Shown piece by piece: positions 17,300-24,608 of a stretch of 40,533 bases of DNA. Positions within the stretch are counted from its first letter, which is position 1; every line of letters starts with the position of its first letter. The translations under genes were made by a program, and so were the position numbers. Location: IMG/VR virus record IMGVR_UViG_3300044562_000007. One strand, given 5' to 3'. Source of the stretch: a virus. The notes beneath the pieces were generated by a model. The model worked only from the letters and a program-made list of their open reading frames with translations, had not been told where the DNA came from and did no database searches.

Positions 17300-17854
17300 A
17301 TGGCAGAAACAGAAAACACTCAAAACTTTGTACCGGCTTGGCAAATTCAAGCCGAAAAACTTGAAAAAGTTGTTGCTGACGGTAACGGCGCTCAAGTAGT
17401 TTACAAGTCAAGCAATGACGACTGGTGTGAACCAACCTTAGCAACTAAGGCTTATACAACTAATGACTATCCTTTTGTGGTTGAAAAGCCTGAAGGCTTC
17501 GTTTCGCCGAAATATGATTGGTCTCATCGCAAGTGGGTAGAATCTGCTAACATTGCACAAGGTCAAGACATTGAAAAAATGAAGTCTCAAATTGCTGAAT
17601 TGTCAAAGACCACTGAAACGGTGCAAACTCAACAAAAGAATCAAAATGTTGAATCTGCTCAAAACTCTCAATTGATGATGATGGTTACTAAACAATTAGG
17701 AATTATGAACACTAAGATTGATAACTTAGCTGATAAGATTGCACCAGTGGCACCATCAACACCAACTAGTGAAACTACACCAGTGGCACCAACTCAACCA
17801 ACTACGGCCACTCAAGTGACTACACCAGCGCCAAAGGAAGGGGGCGCACAATAA
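17300..17854 (+). CDS. Hypothetical protein (XkdW-like position) with a Pro/Thr-rich C-terminal tail
   Basis: 184 aa with the C-terminus APVAPSTPTSETTPVAPTQPTTATQVTTPAPKE. It immediately precedes the XkdX-like ORF. Confidence 0.4.
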   Translation: MAETENTQNFVPAWQIQAEKLEKVVADGNGAQVVYKSSNDDWCEPTLATKAYTTNDYPFVVEKPEGFVSPKYDWSHRKWVESANIAQGQDIEKMKSQIAELSKTTETVQTQQKNQNVESAQNSQLMMMVTKQLGIMNTKIDNLADKIAPVAPSTPTSETTPVAPTQPTTATQVTTPAPKEGGAQ

Positions 17855-18006
17855 TGTTTAGCATTTACAAGTTTATGTACGATAACGGTATGTGCGATAA
17901 GAACTGGCTCTTGTCTTGTGTACCTGATGCTAGCTTATCACAAGCTGAATACGATCAAATCGTAGGTGACAAGCATGAAGAAACAAATCAAGCGACTGAA
18001 GGCTAG
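17854..18006 (+). CDS. XkdX-like small phage protein (50 aa; below the ORF-track cutoff)
   Basis: ATG overlaps the upstream stop (TAATG). Translation: MFSIYKFMYDNGMCDKNWLLSCVPDASLSQAEYDQIVGDKHEETNQATEG. The ...AEYDQIVG ending matches the XkdX pattern (..EEY..ITG). Confidence 0.6.
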   Translation: MFSIYKFMYDNGMCDKNWLLSCVPDASLSQAEYDQIVGDKHEETNQATEG

Positions 18007-18394
18007 GCTAACAGTCCGAAACTGCGAAATCTTGATTGGGCTGTTCATGCTAGGGAAGGGATTGTGGTTGCTTCGTGACTCACACTACTTCATTTATCCA
18101 CCGCAGTTTGAGAGTATTGAAAACAGCAGATACATTGATATAGGGCTGATTATTTTAGGTTTATTGCTGATTGTATCTGCTTTTTTAGTGCCTTACATTA
18201 AAGACACAAAGAAAAAAATACAACTCATTATCATCAGTAAAGTATTTCTAGTGATGATTGGCGTTGTGTGCATGATACTAGCACTATTGCAGTACACACA
18301 TGGAATTTTTACACCATATTATCGTATGGGACATTCAGCATGGGGTGACTTAATAATTTTCGGGCTAGTTTATCTGACAGCTTGTGATGCCTGA
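17975..18394 (+). CDS. Membrane protein with about 4 predicted TM segments (lysis-cassette associated)
   Basis: ATG 17975 is preferred over the track GTG 17966. Four hydrophobic stretches of about 15-22 aa. Confidence 0.5.
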   Translation: MKKQIKRLKARLTVRNCEILIGLFMLGKGLWLLRDSHYFIYPPQFESIENSRYIDIGLIILGLLLIVSAFLVPYIKDTKKKIQLIIISKVFLVMIGVVCMILALLQYTHGIFTPYYRMGHSAWGDLIIFGLVYLTACDA

Positions 18395-18409
18395 AAGTGG
18401 GTGTTGTGA

Positions 18410-18643
18410 GTGAATGAAATCGGATATATTCTTACAACCATTGGTGGTGTAATCAGTGCTATCACTCTTTTTTACAAGGCTTTTAGCAGCGATAAACAAA
18501 AATCATTTACTAATGTCATTGCTGAAAAAGACAAAGATTTAAAACAAAAATCTCAAGATGCTGAAATCTACAGAAGACGATGGCTAAAAGCAGAAGCCGA
18601 AAATGACAAATTAAGAAAGGAACTAAATAAAGATGACAATTAA
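18410..18643 (+). CDS. Small protein with an N-terminal TM segment and a C-terminal coiled coil (lysis-associated, hypothetical)
   Basis: GTG start; there is no in-frame ATG. ILTTIGGVISAITLFY is followed by a charged helix. Confidence 0.45.
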   Translation: MNEIGYILTTIGGVISAITLFYKAFSSDKQKSFTNVIAEKDKDLKQKSQDAEIYRRRWLKAEAENDKLRKELNKDDN

Positions 18644-19064
18644 TGATTGGATTGAAGTGGTATTTTTGGCAAGCTGGATTATTTGCTTGATTGGTGTGGG
18701 TGTATTTTCACACATTCACTTCAAGAACAAGAGAGCAGAGCGGTATCGTCAAGATGCCGTTTTTGCTATGGAAAAGTGGGTTGGCTACTACGATAAGCAA
18801 GCAGTTGAAAATCCTGAAAAAGCCGCTGGTGCATTAAATGACGCAGTAAAAGAATTACAAGGCAAAGGCTATAAGATTAACGACCAAAATGTTAAAGAAC
18901 TTGAAGCATTGCGTGAGTGGGCTGTTACTCGCTTGCGTTTTGAACAAGCCAAAGCAGATGTTGATAATACTGTAAAGCCCAAACCTGAAATTGCGGAAAA
19001 TGTACCTGCTAATGAAGTAGTCCAACCAACTGAACCTGAAATAGGTGAAGCAAATGGCAAATAA
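18633..19064 (+). CDS. Holin, LL-H-like family
   Basis: 143 aa with a single N-terminal TM (WIEVVFLASWIICLIGVGVF) and a long hydrophilic helical tail. It lies directly upstream of the endolysin and overlaps it. Confidence 0.65.
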   Translation: MTINDWIEVVFLASWIICLIGVGVFSHIHFKNKRAERYRQDAVFAMEKWVGYYDKQAVENPEKAAGALNDAVKELQGKGYKINDQNVKELEALREWAVTRLRFEQAKADVDNTVKPKPEIAENVPANEVVQPTEPEIGEANGK

Positions 19065-19926
19065 AGAATACCTGGTTGATGTATCTGCTTATCAAGGCAC
19101 ATCTATGGCTCAATATCACAGCCGTGGTGCTACTGGAATTATTGTTAAGGGGACTGAAGGACAATGGTATAGAAATCCGTTAGCAGTTAAGCAAATTGCA
19201 TCTGCTCATTATCATCATATGTGGGTACATATGTATCACTTTGCTAACTTTGGTCATTCAGTACATCAAGCAAAAATGGAAGCTAGAGCATGTTTAGCAG
19301 AAGCTAAGCATCTCAATATCAGTAAAAAACGTTATATTTTCTGTGATTGGGAAGCATCAGCACAGAATTATATTCAAGGCTCAAGATTAGCTAATACCAA
19401 GGCAATTTTAGCTTTCATGATCGAAATCAAAAAAGCTGGCTATAAAGTAGGCTTGTATTCTGGCGCATCAGTTTTAAGGAATAATATAAATACTTCCACA
19501 ATTGTTAAGAAGTATGGCGCTTGCTTGTGGGTCGCTTCATATGCAACTATGGGACGGATTGATACACCTAATTTTGGTTACTTCCCATCTATGAATGGTG
19601 TAGCAATGTGGCAATTCACTGATAACTGGCGTGGGCTTAATGTCGATGGCAATGTCACACTGATTGATTTGCACGCAGTGCATAAAGCTAAGCCAGCAGT
19701 TAAACCAGCAAAGGAAATTCCTAAGATTGTTTATGTTCCTATTATTAATAACAATCCTAACTATCATGTAAGATTGCTAGACAGCAAGGGGCATTATCAA
19801 AAATACATTGCAACCAATACACGCTGGAAGGTGTGGAGTGTTAAAATTATCAAAGGAATGAAATGTTATAGAATTGGCACTGACGCACAGTGGGTGCCAG
19901 CCAAATTTACAAAAATAATCAAATAA
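19054..19926 (+). CDS. Endolysin: GH25 muramidase with a C-terminal SH3b-like wall-binding region
   Basis: YLVDVSAYQG...GIIVKGTEG...YHF is a GH25 signature. ATG 19054 (AGGTGA RBS) is preferred over the track GTG 19045. The C-terminus is YHVRLLDSKGHYQKYIATNTRWKVW. Confidence 0.9.
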   Translation: MANKEYLVDVSAYQGTSMAQYHSRGATGIIVKGTEGQWYRNPLAVKQIASAHYHHMWVHMYHFANFGHSVHQAKMEARACLAEAKHLNISKKRYIFCDWEASAQNYIQGSRLANTKAILAFMIEIKKAGYKVGLYSGASVLRNNINTSTIVKKYGACLWVASYATMGRIDTPNFGYFPSMNGVAMWQFTDNWRGLNVDGNVTLIDLHAVHKAKPAVKPAKEIPKIVYVPIINNNPNYHVRLLDSKGHYQKYIATNTRWKVWSVKIIKGMKCYRIGTDAQWVPAKFTKIIK

Positions 19927-19981
19927 AAAGGAAGTGAAAAAATCAATCCCTCTAAATTTATTAAATCTAAATTTATCAAAG

Positions 19982-20020
19982 AAGCCACTCTGGGATTAAG
20001 TTCCTGGAGTGGCTTTTTTG
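19982..20020 (+). terminator. Rho-independent terminator ending the late/lysis operon
   Basis: 9-bp stem AAGCCACTC / GAGTGGCTT followed by TTTTGTTTTG. Confidence 0.8.
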
Positions 20021-20057
20021 TTTTGTCTCTTTATATAAGGAAGAAAAAATAATTTAC

Positions 20058-20293
20058 TGTTGCACAAATGTTGCACAACAACAAATTAGGGGTAAAAAAA
20101 GACCTTGAAAGATCATTGATCTATCAAGGATTTTGGTTATTACACACGAGTAACTTTACCAGACTTTAAAGCCTTGGTTGAACTAAAATATGTGTTTTTA
20201 GAAAGTCTGAAGAAACACAAAGTACTGATTTTATGGGATTTGGTGTTTTAGAAAATCATAGAAATTTTAACCGTGTTGCACATTTGTTGCACA
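20058..20293. other. Putative attP region with candidate integrase arm-type sites
   Basis: It lies between the late-operon terminator and the 3' end of int. TGTTGCACA occurs four times, as two 11-bp-phased pairs at 20058/20069 and 20274/20285. Confidence 0.5.
20103..20129 (-). terminator. Imperfect 27-bp palindrome; probable int terminator on the minus strand, or the attP core
   Basis: CCTTGAAAGATCA-T-TGATCTATCAAGG pairs at 12 of 13 positions. On the minus strand it is followed by TCTTTTTTT. Confidence 0.45.
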
Positions 20294-21406
20294 TATATCA
20301 TCAAGTGAATTAATGATTTTGCTATCTTGCTTTTCTTTATATTCATCAAGCAAATAAGCATAGATTTTAAGAGTAGTAGTAATATTAGCATGACCAAGAC
20401 GTTTACTAATAGCAGAAATATCTACACCTTTGCTCAAAAGATATGCTACATGAGTATGTCTCAAACTGTGGAAGTGAAAATCTTGTTTATGAATATTGCC
20501 TTGGTCTAATGTACGTCTCAAAAACTGATTTACGGCACTGCTGCTTGGTGGCAATTCAGTACGTGGTGTAGCAAAAACAAAATCTAAGTTATTGGCTTTC
20601 AATTGCTTAATTTTTTTAAGCAAAAACGAATTTACTTTGATTTTTCTTACACTGGATTTTGTTTTAGTAGGCCCAAGTTTCTTAGTATTACAATTCCACG
20701 ATTTTGTAATATTAATGGTGTTGTTTTTGAAGTTAATATCTGACCATTTCAATGCAGATAATTCACCAATACGAGCGCCAGTAAAAATACCTGCTAGAAC
20801 TAAATATTTGCTGGTGTAGCGAGTATTTAAATCAGTCAGGCATAATTGTACCAGCTTACGCAATTCCTTCATATTGAGGTACTGAACGTGCTTTTCAGCG
20901 TTCTTATTACCAGTAATTGTTGTTCGATTAGTAAAATTACGTTCAACCAAGCCGTCTTCTACTGCATTGCCAATACATGACTTAATCATAATATTAGTTT
21001 TACGTACAGTAGCAGGAGCATGTTTTTTGCCTAAATAATTTAAGAACTTTTGGTAATTTGATCTAGTAATATTTTTGATTTTAATATCACCAAAATAGTT
21101 TTCAATGTAATGATAATTTGTAATATACCGTTTTTGAGTTGATTTCCTAATTGAAGGGAATTTATAGGTTTCATACCAAGTTTTGAAATAGTCAGCAAAC
21201 ATAGGATTTTTGATAACATCCACACCTGAAAGAGATGCTGCTTCCATTTTGATGCCATATTCTTGTGCTTCCGCCTTGGTTTTGAAACCACCTTTGGATT
21301 TTTGCCTTAATACTGAAACGTTCTTTTGCTTTTTTCGATCCCAACGTGTCTCACGTTTGGAAAATCTAACATACCAGGTTTTGCCACGTTTCTTTATTGA
21401 TGCCAT
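20267..21406 (-). CDS. int: Tyrosine integrase (site-specific recombinase, phage integrase family)
   Basis: 379 aa with ARIGEL (Arg), HSLRHTH (His-x-x-Arg) and GHANITTTLKIYAYL (His...Tyr) catalytic motifs. Confidence 0.95.
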   Translation of the reverse strand: MASIKKRGKTWYVRFSKRETRWDRKKQKNVSVLRQKSKGGFKTKAEAQEYGIKMEAASLSGVDVIKNPMFADYFKTWYETYKFPSIRKSTQKRYITNYHYIENYFGDIKIKNITRSNYQKFLNYLGKKHAPATVRKTNIMIKSCIGNAVEDGLVERNFTNRTTITGNKNAEKHVQYLNMKELRKLVQLCLTDLNTRYTSKYLVLAGIFTGARIGELSALKWSDINFKNNTINITKSWNCNTKKLGPTKTKSSVRKIKVNSFLLKKIKQLKANNLDFVFATPRTELPPSSSAVNQFLRRTLDQGNIHKQDFHFHSLRHTHVAYLLSKGVDISAISKRLGHANITTTLKIYAYLLDEYKEKQDSKIINSLDDICATNVQHG

Positions 21407-21450
21407 TTTATTTTTACTCCTATTTTGCTAAAATAGGGTAGACGAAATAC

Positions 21451-21468
21451 CACTGATGCCAGTCAGTG
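21451..21468. repeat. Palindromic element copy 1 (contains ACTGATGCCAGTCAGT)
   Basis: CACTGA-TGCCAG-TCAGTG; the 16-nt core is identical to 21511..21526. Confidence 0.8.
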
Positions 21469-21503
21469 TTCGCCACCTTTATTAATAATTTTATTTGGGT
21501 TGT

Positions 21504-21540
21504 CCCACTTACTGATGCCAGTCAGTAAGTGGGCTTTTTT
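21504..21540 (+). terminator. Strong hairpin plus T-run (contains palindromic element copy 2)
   Basis: 12-bp stem CCCACTTACTGA / TCAGTAAGTGGG, followed by CTTTTTT on the + strand. It lies immediately 3' of the minus-strand gene 21548..22177. Confidence 0.6.
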
Positions 21541-21547
21541 GTTTGGG

Positions 21548-22177
21548 TTAGTAGTTAACTTTGAATTTACTGGTTCTCCATTTACCACCATTAATGCTGT
21601 ATTGAACCTTGTAATTGAAAGAATGGTTTTTGCTTAAATGACTTACTGGCAACACAATTGAATATTTTGTGTTCTCAGTGTCTAAATCAACTTTCTTCCA
21701 ATCGTTGTAAGTAGAGAATACCAAGTCCTTGCGATTAGTCTTAGGAGCCCTATTTTCTACTAAACCAGCAGTAGTAATGTTCATTTGATATTTATCATTA
21801 GGAAAACTAGCTATTGCTTGTCCAAATTTAGGTTCCACATCATCATTAGTATTAAATCTTATAAAGAATCTAATAAATCCGTTCACTTTATCACTTGTAC
21901 CTCTAAACTTTTTAGATTTAGCTAGTTGTAAAGTCTGAACATGATAAATTGTAGCTTTGCCAGAAGTTACATTAACTTTATAATTCTTTACTTTGGAAAC
22001 ATCATAATCATAGGTTTTTGTATTGTCTACTATACTATCAAAACTCAGAGAAGCAGGTCGGATACTTGGACCAGCATCCTTTTTAGCCGCAAAGTAGAAT
22101 GCAATAGCAAAAATCACGATTAAAATACCAATTGCGATTAAACAGCCATGATGACTCTTACTTTTATTTTCAGCCAT
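21548..22177 (-). CDS. Membrane-anchored protein, candidate superinfection-exclusion / lysogenic-conversion factor (by position)
   Basis: ATG 22177 with a GGAGG RBS is preferred over the track GTG 22192. It has an N-terminal TM (CLIAIGILIVIFAIAFYFAA) and about 170 aa predicted outside. It is the last gene of the repressor operon, next to int. Confidence 0.45.
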   Translation of the reverse strand: MAENKSKSHHGCLIAIGILIVIFAIAFYFAAKKDAGPSIRPASLSFDSIVDNTKTYDYDVSKVKNYKVNVTSGKATIYHVQTLQLAKSKKFRGTSDKVNGFIRFFIRFNTNDDVEPKFGQAIASFPNDKYQMNITTAGLVENRAPKTNRKDLVFSTYNDWKKVDLDTENTKYSIVLPVSHLSKNHSFNYKVQYSINGGKWRTSKFKVNY

Positions 22178-22210
22178 TTCTAATTCCTCCACAATCCTTC
22201 AGGTTTTACG

Positions 22211-22633
22211 TCACTGTGGACGATAACTGATGGGATTAGGATAAGAACTGAAAACAAATTCTAAAACATAATATTGTTGCTTTGGAATTGCAAAAGCTTT
22301 AGCAAAATCATAGTAAGTAGAATAATGAATATCATTTTCTAAGCAGTAGATTCTTAGCAGATTGATTGCAAATCTGTTGGCTGAAAATTCACCTTTTTCT
22401 CTACCTAAATAAGCTAAATGGTAATATTCAGAATTGCCTTCCACAACATGACCAATTTCATGTGCCAGCATGAATGGTTTTTCATTTTCTTTGTAGTAGT
22501 TGCCATTGAAAATTACTAGCTTAGGATTACACCAACTGTCACTAGGTGCAGTAGATGGCAAATCGTTCTTATAAACAACACCTATGTCATTATCTAAGCA
22601 ATAGTTCATTAGCCATTGCAAAACATTATCCAT
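22211..22633 (-). CDS. ImmA/IrrE-family zinc metallopeptidase
   Basis: HEIGH (HExxH) motif. 140 aa with its start codon abutting the stop of the upstream XRE repressor gene. Confidence 0.85.
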   Translation of the reverse strand: MDNVLQWLMNYCLDNDIGVVYKNDLPSTAPSDSWCNPKLVIFNGNYYKENEKPFMLAHEIGHVVEGNSEYYHLAYLGREKGEFSANRFAINLLRIYCLENDIHYSTYYDFAKAFAIPKQQYYVLEFVFSSYPNPISYRPQ

Positions 22634-22999
22634 TTAATGACTTCCTTTAAATTTATCAGGATGATCTTTTACATATTGTTCTGCAATAGCCCGATACATA
22701 TTTTTAAGATCATCAGGAATAGTGCCACCATACGGCATATCTAAATCAGTCCAAGCAATGCCTGGTTCAGTTTCTTTAAGTGCATCATGAATTGGACTTG
22801 GATCATTAGTTAAACCATTAAGATAATCAGTAGTGGTGTTTAATGCAATGGCTACAGCTTTCAAACTATCAGTAGAAGGCTTTTTCTTTTTCCAACTATA
22901 AATTAAGTTTTTAGCAATACCAGCTTTTTCAGCAACTTCTTGAAGATTGCTGAAATGCCTTTTCTTAGCTAATTCTTGTATTCTTTCGTAAGCAATCAT
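22634..22999 (-). CDS. XRE-family HTH repressor (CI/ImmR-like)
   Basis: The N-terminal HTH is LQEVAEKAGIAKNLIYSWKKKK. It is transcribed divergently from the Cro-like gene across a 268-bp switch region. Confidence 0.85.
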   Translation of the reverse strand: MIAYERIQELAKKRHFSNLQEVAEKAGIAKNLIYSWKKKKPSTDSLKAVAIALNTTTDYLNGLTNDPSPIHDALKETEPGIAWTDLDMPYGGTIPDDLKNMYRAIAEQYVKDHPDKFKGSH

Positions 23000-23053
23000 A
23001 ATAACTCCAAAAACTACCTACAAAATATTTTTACGTTTTAGCATAAAATTTTA

Positions 23054-23082
23054 TTGACATTTTTACGCCATGACGTTATTAT
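23054..23082 (+). promoter_or_regulatory. Candidate rightward early promoter
   Basis: TTGACA (23054..23059), a 17-nt spacer, then TATTAT (23077..23082). The spacer overlaps a TGACGTT repeat. Confidence 0.45.
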
Positions 23083-23107
23083 AATTTTGTAAGTTAATTC
23101 GACAGAC

Positions 23108-23128
23108 AAAACGTCAGATAAAACGTCA
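23108..23128. repeat. Direct repeats AAAACGTCA x2, 12-bp phase (candidate operator half-sites)
   Basis: 23108..23116 and 23120..23128; an inverted partial copy TGACGTT lies at 23071..23077. Confidence 0.5.
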
Positions 23129-23189
23129 AGAAATACGGCAATTAAATAGCTTTAGAAACCGATCTAACGCTTTATTTCTTATACTTTTA

Positions 23190-23209
23190 TTTTACGTCTT
23201 TACGTAAAA
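23190..23209. repeat. Inverted repeat TTTTACGT-CTTT-ACGTAAAA (candidate operator)
   Basis: 8-4-8 palindrome, about 60 bp upstream of the Cro-like start. Confidence 0.5.
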
Positions 23210-23267
23210 AAAGCAACAGTTTTTATGTCTTTTTATCTTACTAAATAAAAATAGCGAGGTGACAAAA

Positions 23268-23456
23268 ATGCCAAGTACAATGCCAGGAAGAGAACTAGTC
23301 AAAAAATATCTTAATGACAACAAGATTAAGATTGGTGATTTAGCCAAAATGTACGGAATGACTAAACAAGATGTAGCTGATTATCTTTCAGGACGTAAAA
23401 CCACGCCTGCAAGTAATCAATTCATTTTGAAGGTTATCCGTGATTTCAAGATTTAG
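23268..23456 (+). CDS. Cro-like HTH regulator
   Basis: ATG 23268 with a GAGGTGA RBS. 62 aa with the HTH IGDLAKMYGMTKQDVADYLSG. It is the first rightward gene opposite the repressor. Confidence 0.6.
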   Translation: MPSTMPGRELVKKYLNDNKIKIGDLAKMYGMTKQDVADYLSGRKTTPASNQFILKVIRDFKI

Positions 23457-23467
23457 AGGTGACAATC

Positions 23468-23767
23468 ATGGAACTCACAATTTCAGAAGATGAACTCACC
23501 AATGCTGTGGATGAAGTCATGGCAAAACGTGGTTATGTTCCTGAAAATCAAATAGTAGGGCGAACCATCAGCATTCAAGAATTTGCTCAAAAATACTGCT
23601 ACCCACACGGATCTGCTTGGGTTAAAAGAAATATTCTATATCCATTCCAACCTGATTGGTGTTCAAACATTCATCCAGGACGGGGTGGCAAAATGACAAT
23701 TTTTGAATATCCTGCAGCCATTTGGATGCAACAACATAGGAAGGAAATTGATTGGGATGCAAAATAA
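23468..23767 (+). CDS. DUF771-like protein (possible excisionase/DNA-binding role; tentative)
   Basis: ATG 23468 with a GAGGTGA RBS. 99 aa, and the sequence resembles DUF771 proteins of lactic acid bacteria phages (recalled, not searched). Confidence 0.45.
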   Translation: MELTISEDELTNAVDEVMAKRGYVPENQIVGRTISIQEFAQKYCYPHGSAWVKRNILYPFQPDWCSNIHPGRGGKMTIFEYPAAIWMQQHRKEIDWDAK

Positions 23768-23912
23768 AAATTTTTATCGTGAATTTAATTTACCGCCTAA
23801 GCCAAAACACGATTGGGAAACCTTAGTAGGCGGAATCATGGTTGGGATCGTAATTTTAGCTTTTAGTCTTTTAAGCTATGGCTTCTGGGACTCACTATTT
23901 CAAATGCTTTAG
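23757..23912 (+). CDS. Small membrane protein (hypothetical)
   Basis: Internal ATG 23757 of track ORF 23703..23912; one TM segment, LVGGIMVGIVILAFSLLSYGF. Confidence 0.35.
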   Translation: MQNKNFYREFNLPPKPKHDWETLVGGIMVGIVILAFSLLSYGFWDSLFQML

Positions 23913-23921
23913 GAGGTAACA

Positions 23922-24035
23922 ATGGAATTAAGTAAAGAAACACAAAACAAAATTTGGGCTACTACTGATGTAGTTACAAGCCAGTACAAAACAGGGAGAA
24001 AACCATCATGGAAGCAAAATCAGGAAAAGAATTAA
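23922..24035 (+). CDS. Small hypothetical ORF (37 aa, not in the ORF track)
   Basis: Strong AGGAGGT RBS at 23911..23917, 4 nt before the ATG. Translation: MELSKETQNKIWATTDVVTSQYKTGRKPSWKQNQEKN. Confidence 0.3.
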   Translation: MELSKETQNKIWATTDVVTSQYKTGRKPSWKQNQEKN

Positions 24036-24340
24036 CTAAAGAAATCAACTACCAAAAAATTGAAAAACAGCGTGACTTTTATGCTGGTTGGGATTGTTTG
24101 ACGGTAGTTGTAGGAAACGCGGTTCATGCAATCGGTCAGGATTGTGAGTACAGAACGCCACTTGACTTTATTGAAGAGCAATTAGCTGATGACCCTGATA
24201 AGTTCATGATTCAAGGTCAATTCACTGATGCTAAAGACATGTACAAGTACTTATTTGAAAATTGTGATAATTGCGAAGAACTAACCAGTTTTCTTGAAGA
24301 CTATTTTGACGGAATGGAGATGGCTGACTATGGAAGATAA
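24008..24340 (+). CDS. Hypothetical early protein
   Basis: 110-aa ORF co-oriented within the early operon. Confidence 0.5.
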   Translation: MEAKSGKELTKEINYQKIEKQRDFYAGWDCLTVVVGNAVHAIGQDCEYRTPLDFIEEQLADDPDKFMIQGQFTDAKDMYKYLFENCDNCEELTSFLEDYFDGMEMADYGR

Positions 24341-24608
24341 GGATCTTAAAGACTTTCAAAATTGGATCAAGAAAACTCAAGATGACACTAACGATTGGGT
24401 AAACTACTTAGTTTGCGAATCCAAGAAAGTAGGTAAGACCTACGCTGGCGCAATCAGATACCTTCAAAGAAGCAAGCCTGATTTTCCCAGAAGTTTCAAG
24501 GCTACTCCCACAGAAAATGTGAGCAATGTAGTACAAAGCATCTATGAAGAGGCAATTTTTAAAGTGCGTGATGAAGCATTAAATAAGGAGATTGAAGATA
24601 ATGACTAA
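24330..24608 (+). CDS. Hypothetical early protein
   Basis: ATG 24330 (MEDKDLKDF...) overlaps the upstream stop; the track start 24294 is probably an over-extension. Confidence 0.5.
   Translation: MEDKDLKDFQNWIKKTQDDTNDWVNYLVCESKKVGKTYAGAIRYLQRSKPDFPRSFKATPTENVSNVVQSIYEEAIFKVRDEALNKEIEDND

Noticed and set aside
18869-19767. Minus-strand ORFs 18869..19102 and 19537..19767
   Set aside because: They are antisense to the holin and endolysin genes and have no independent signals.
19927-20266. A possible lysogenic-conversion (moron) gene between the endolysin and int
   Set aside because: Neither strand has an ORF with a start codon and RBS of meaningful length. The region is better explained by the late-operon terminator, the attP repeats and the int terminator.
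20327-21431. ORFs 20327..20509 (+), 20592..20819 (+), 21210..21431 (+) and 21040..21291 (-) overlapping int, and 21941..22123 (+) overlapping the membrane-protein gene
   Set aside because: These are shadow ORFs inside or antisense to the integrase and neighbouring genes. The integrase frame carries all the catalytic motifs.
23054-23085. TTGACA paired with the perfect TATAAT at 23080..23085 as the early promoter
   Set aside because: The spacer would be 20 nt, outside the functional range. The TATTAT hexamer at 23077..23082 gives the canonical 17-nt spacing and is used instead, though this remains unverified.
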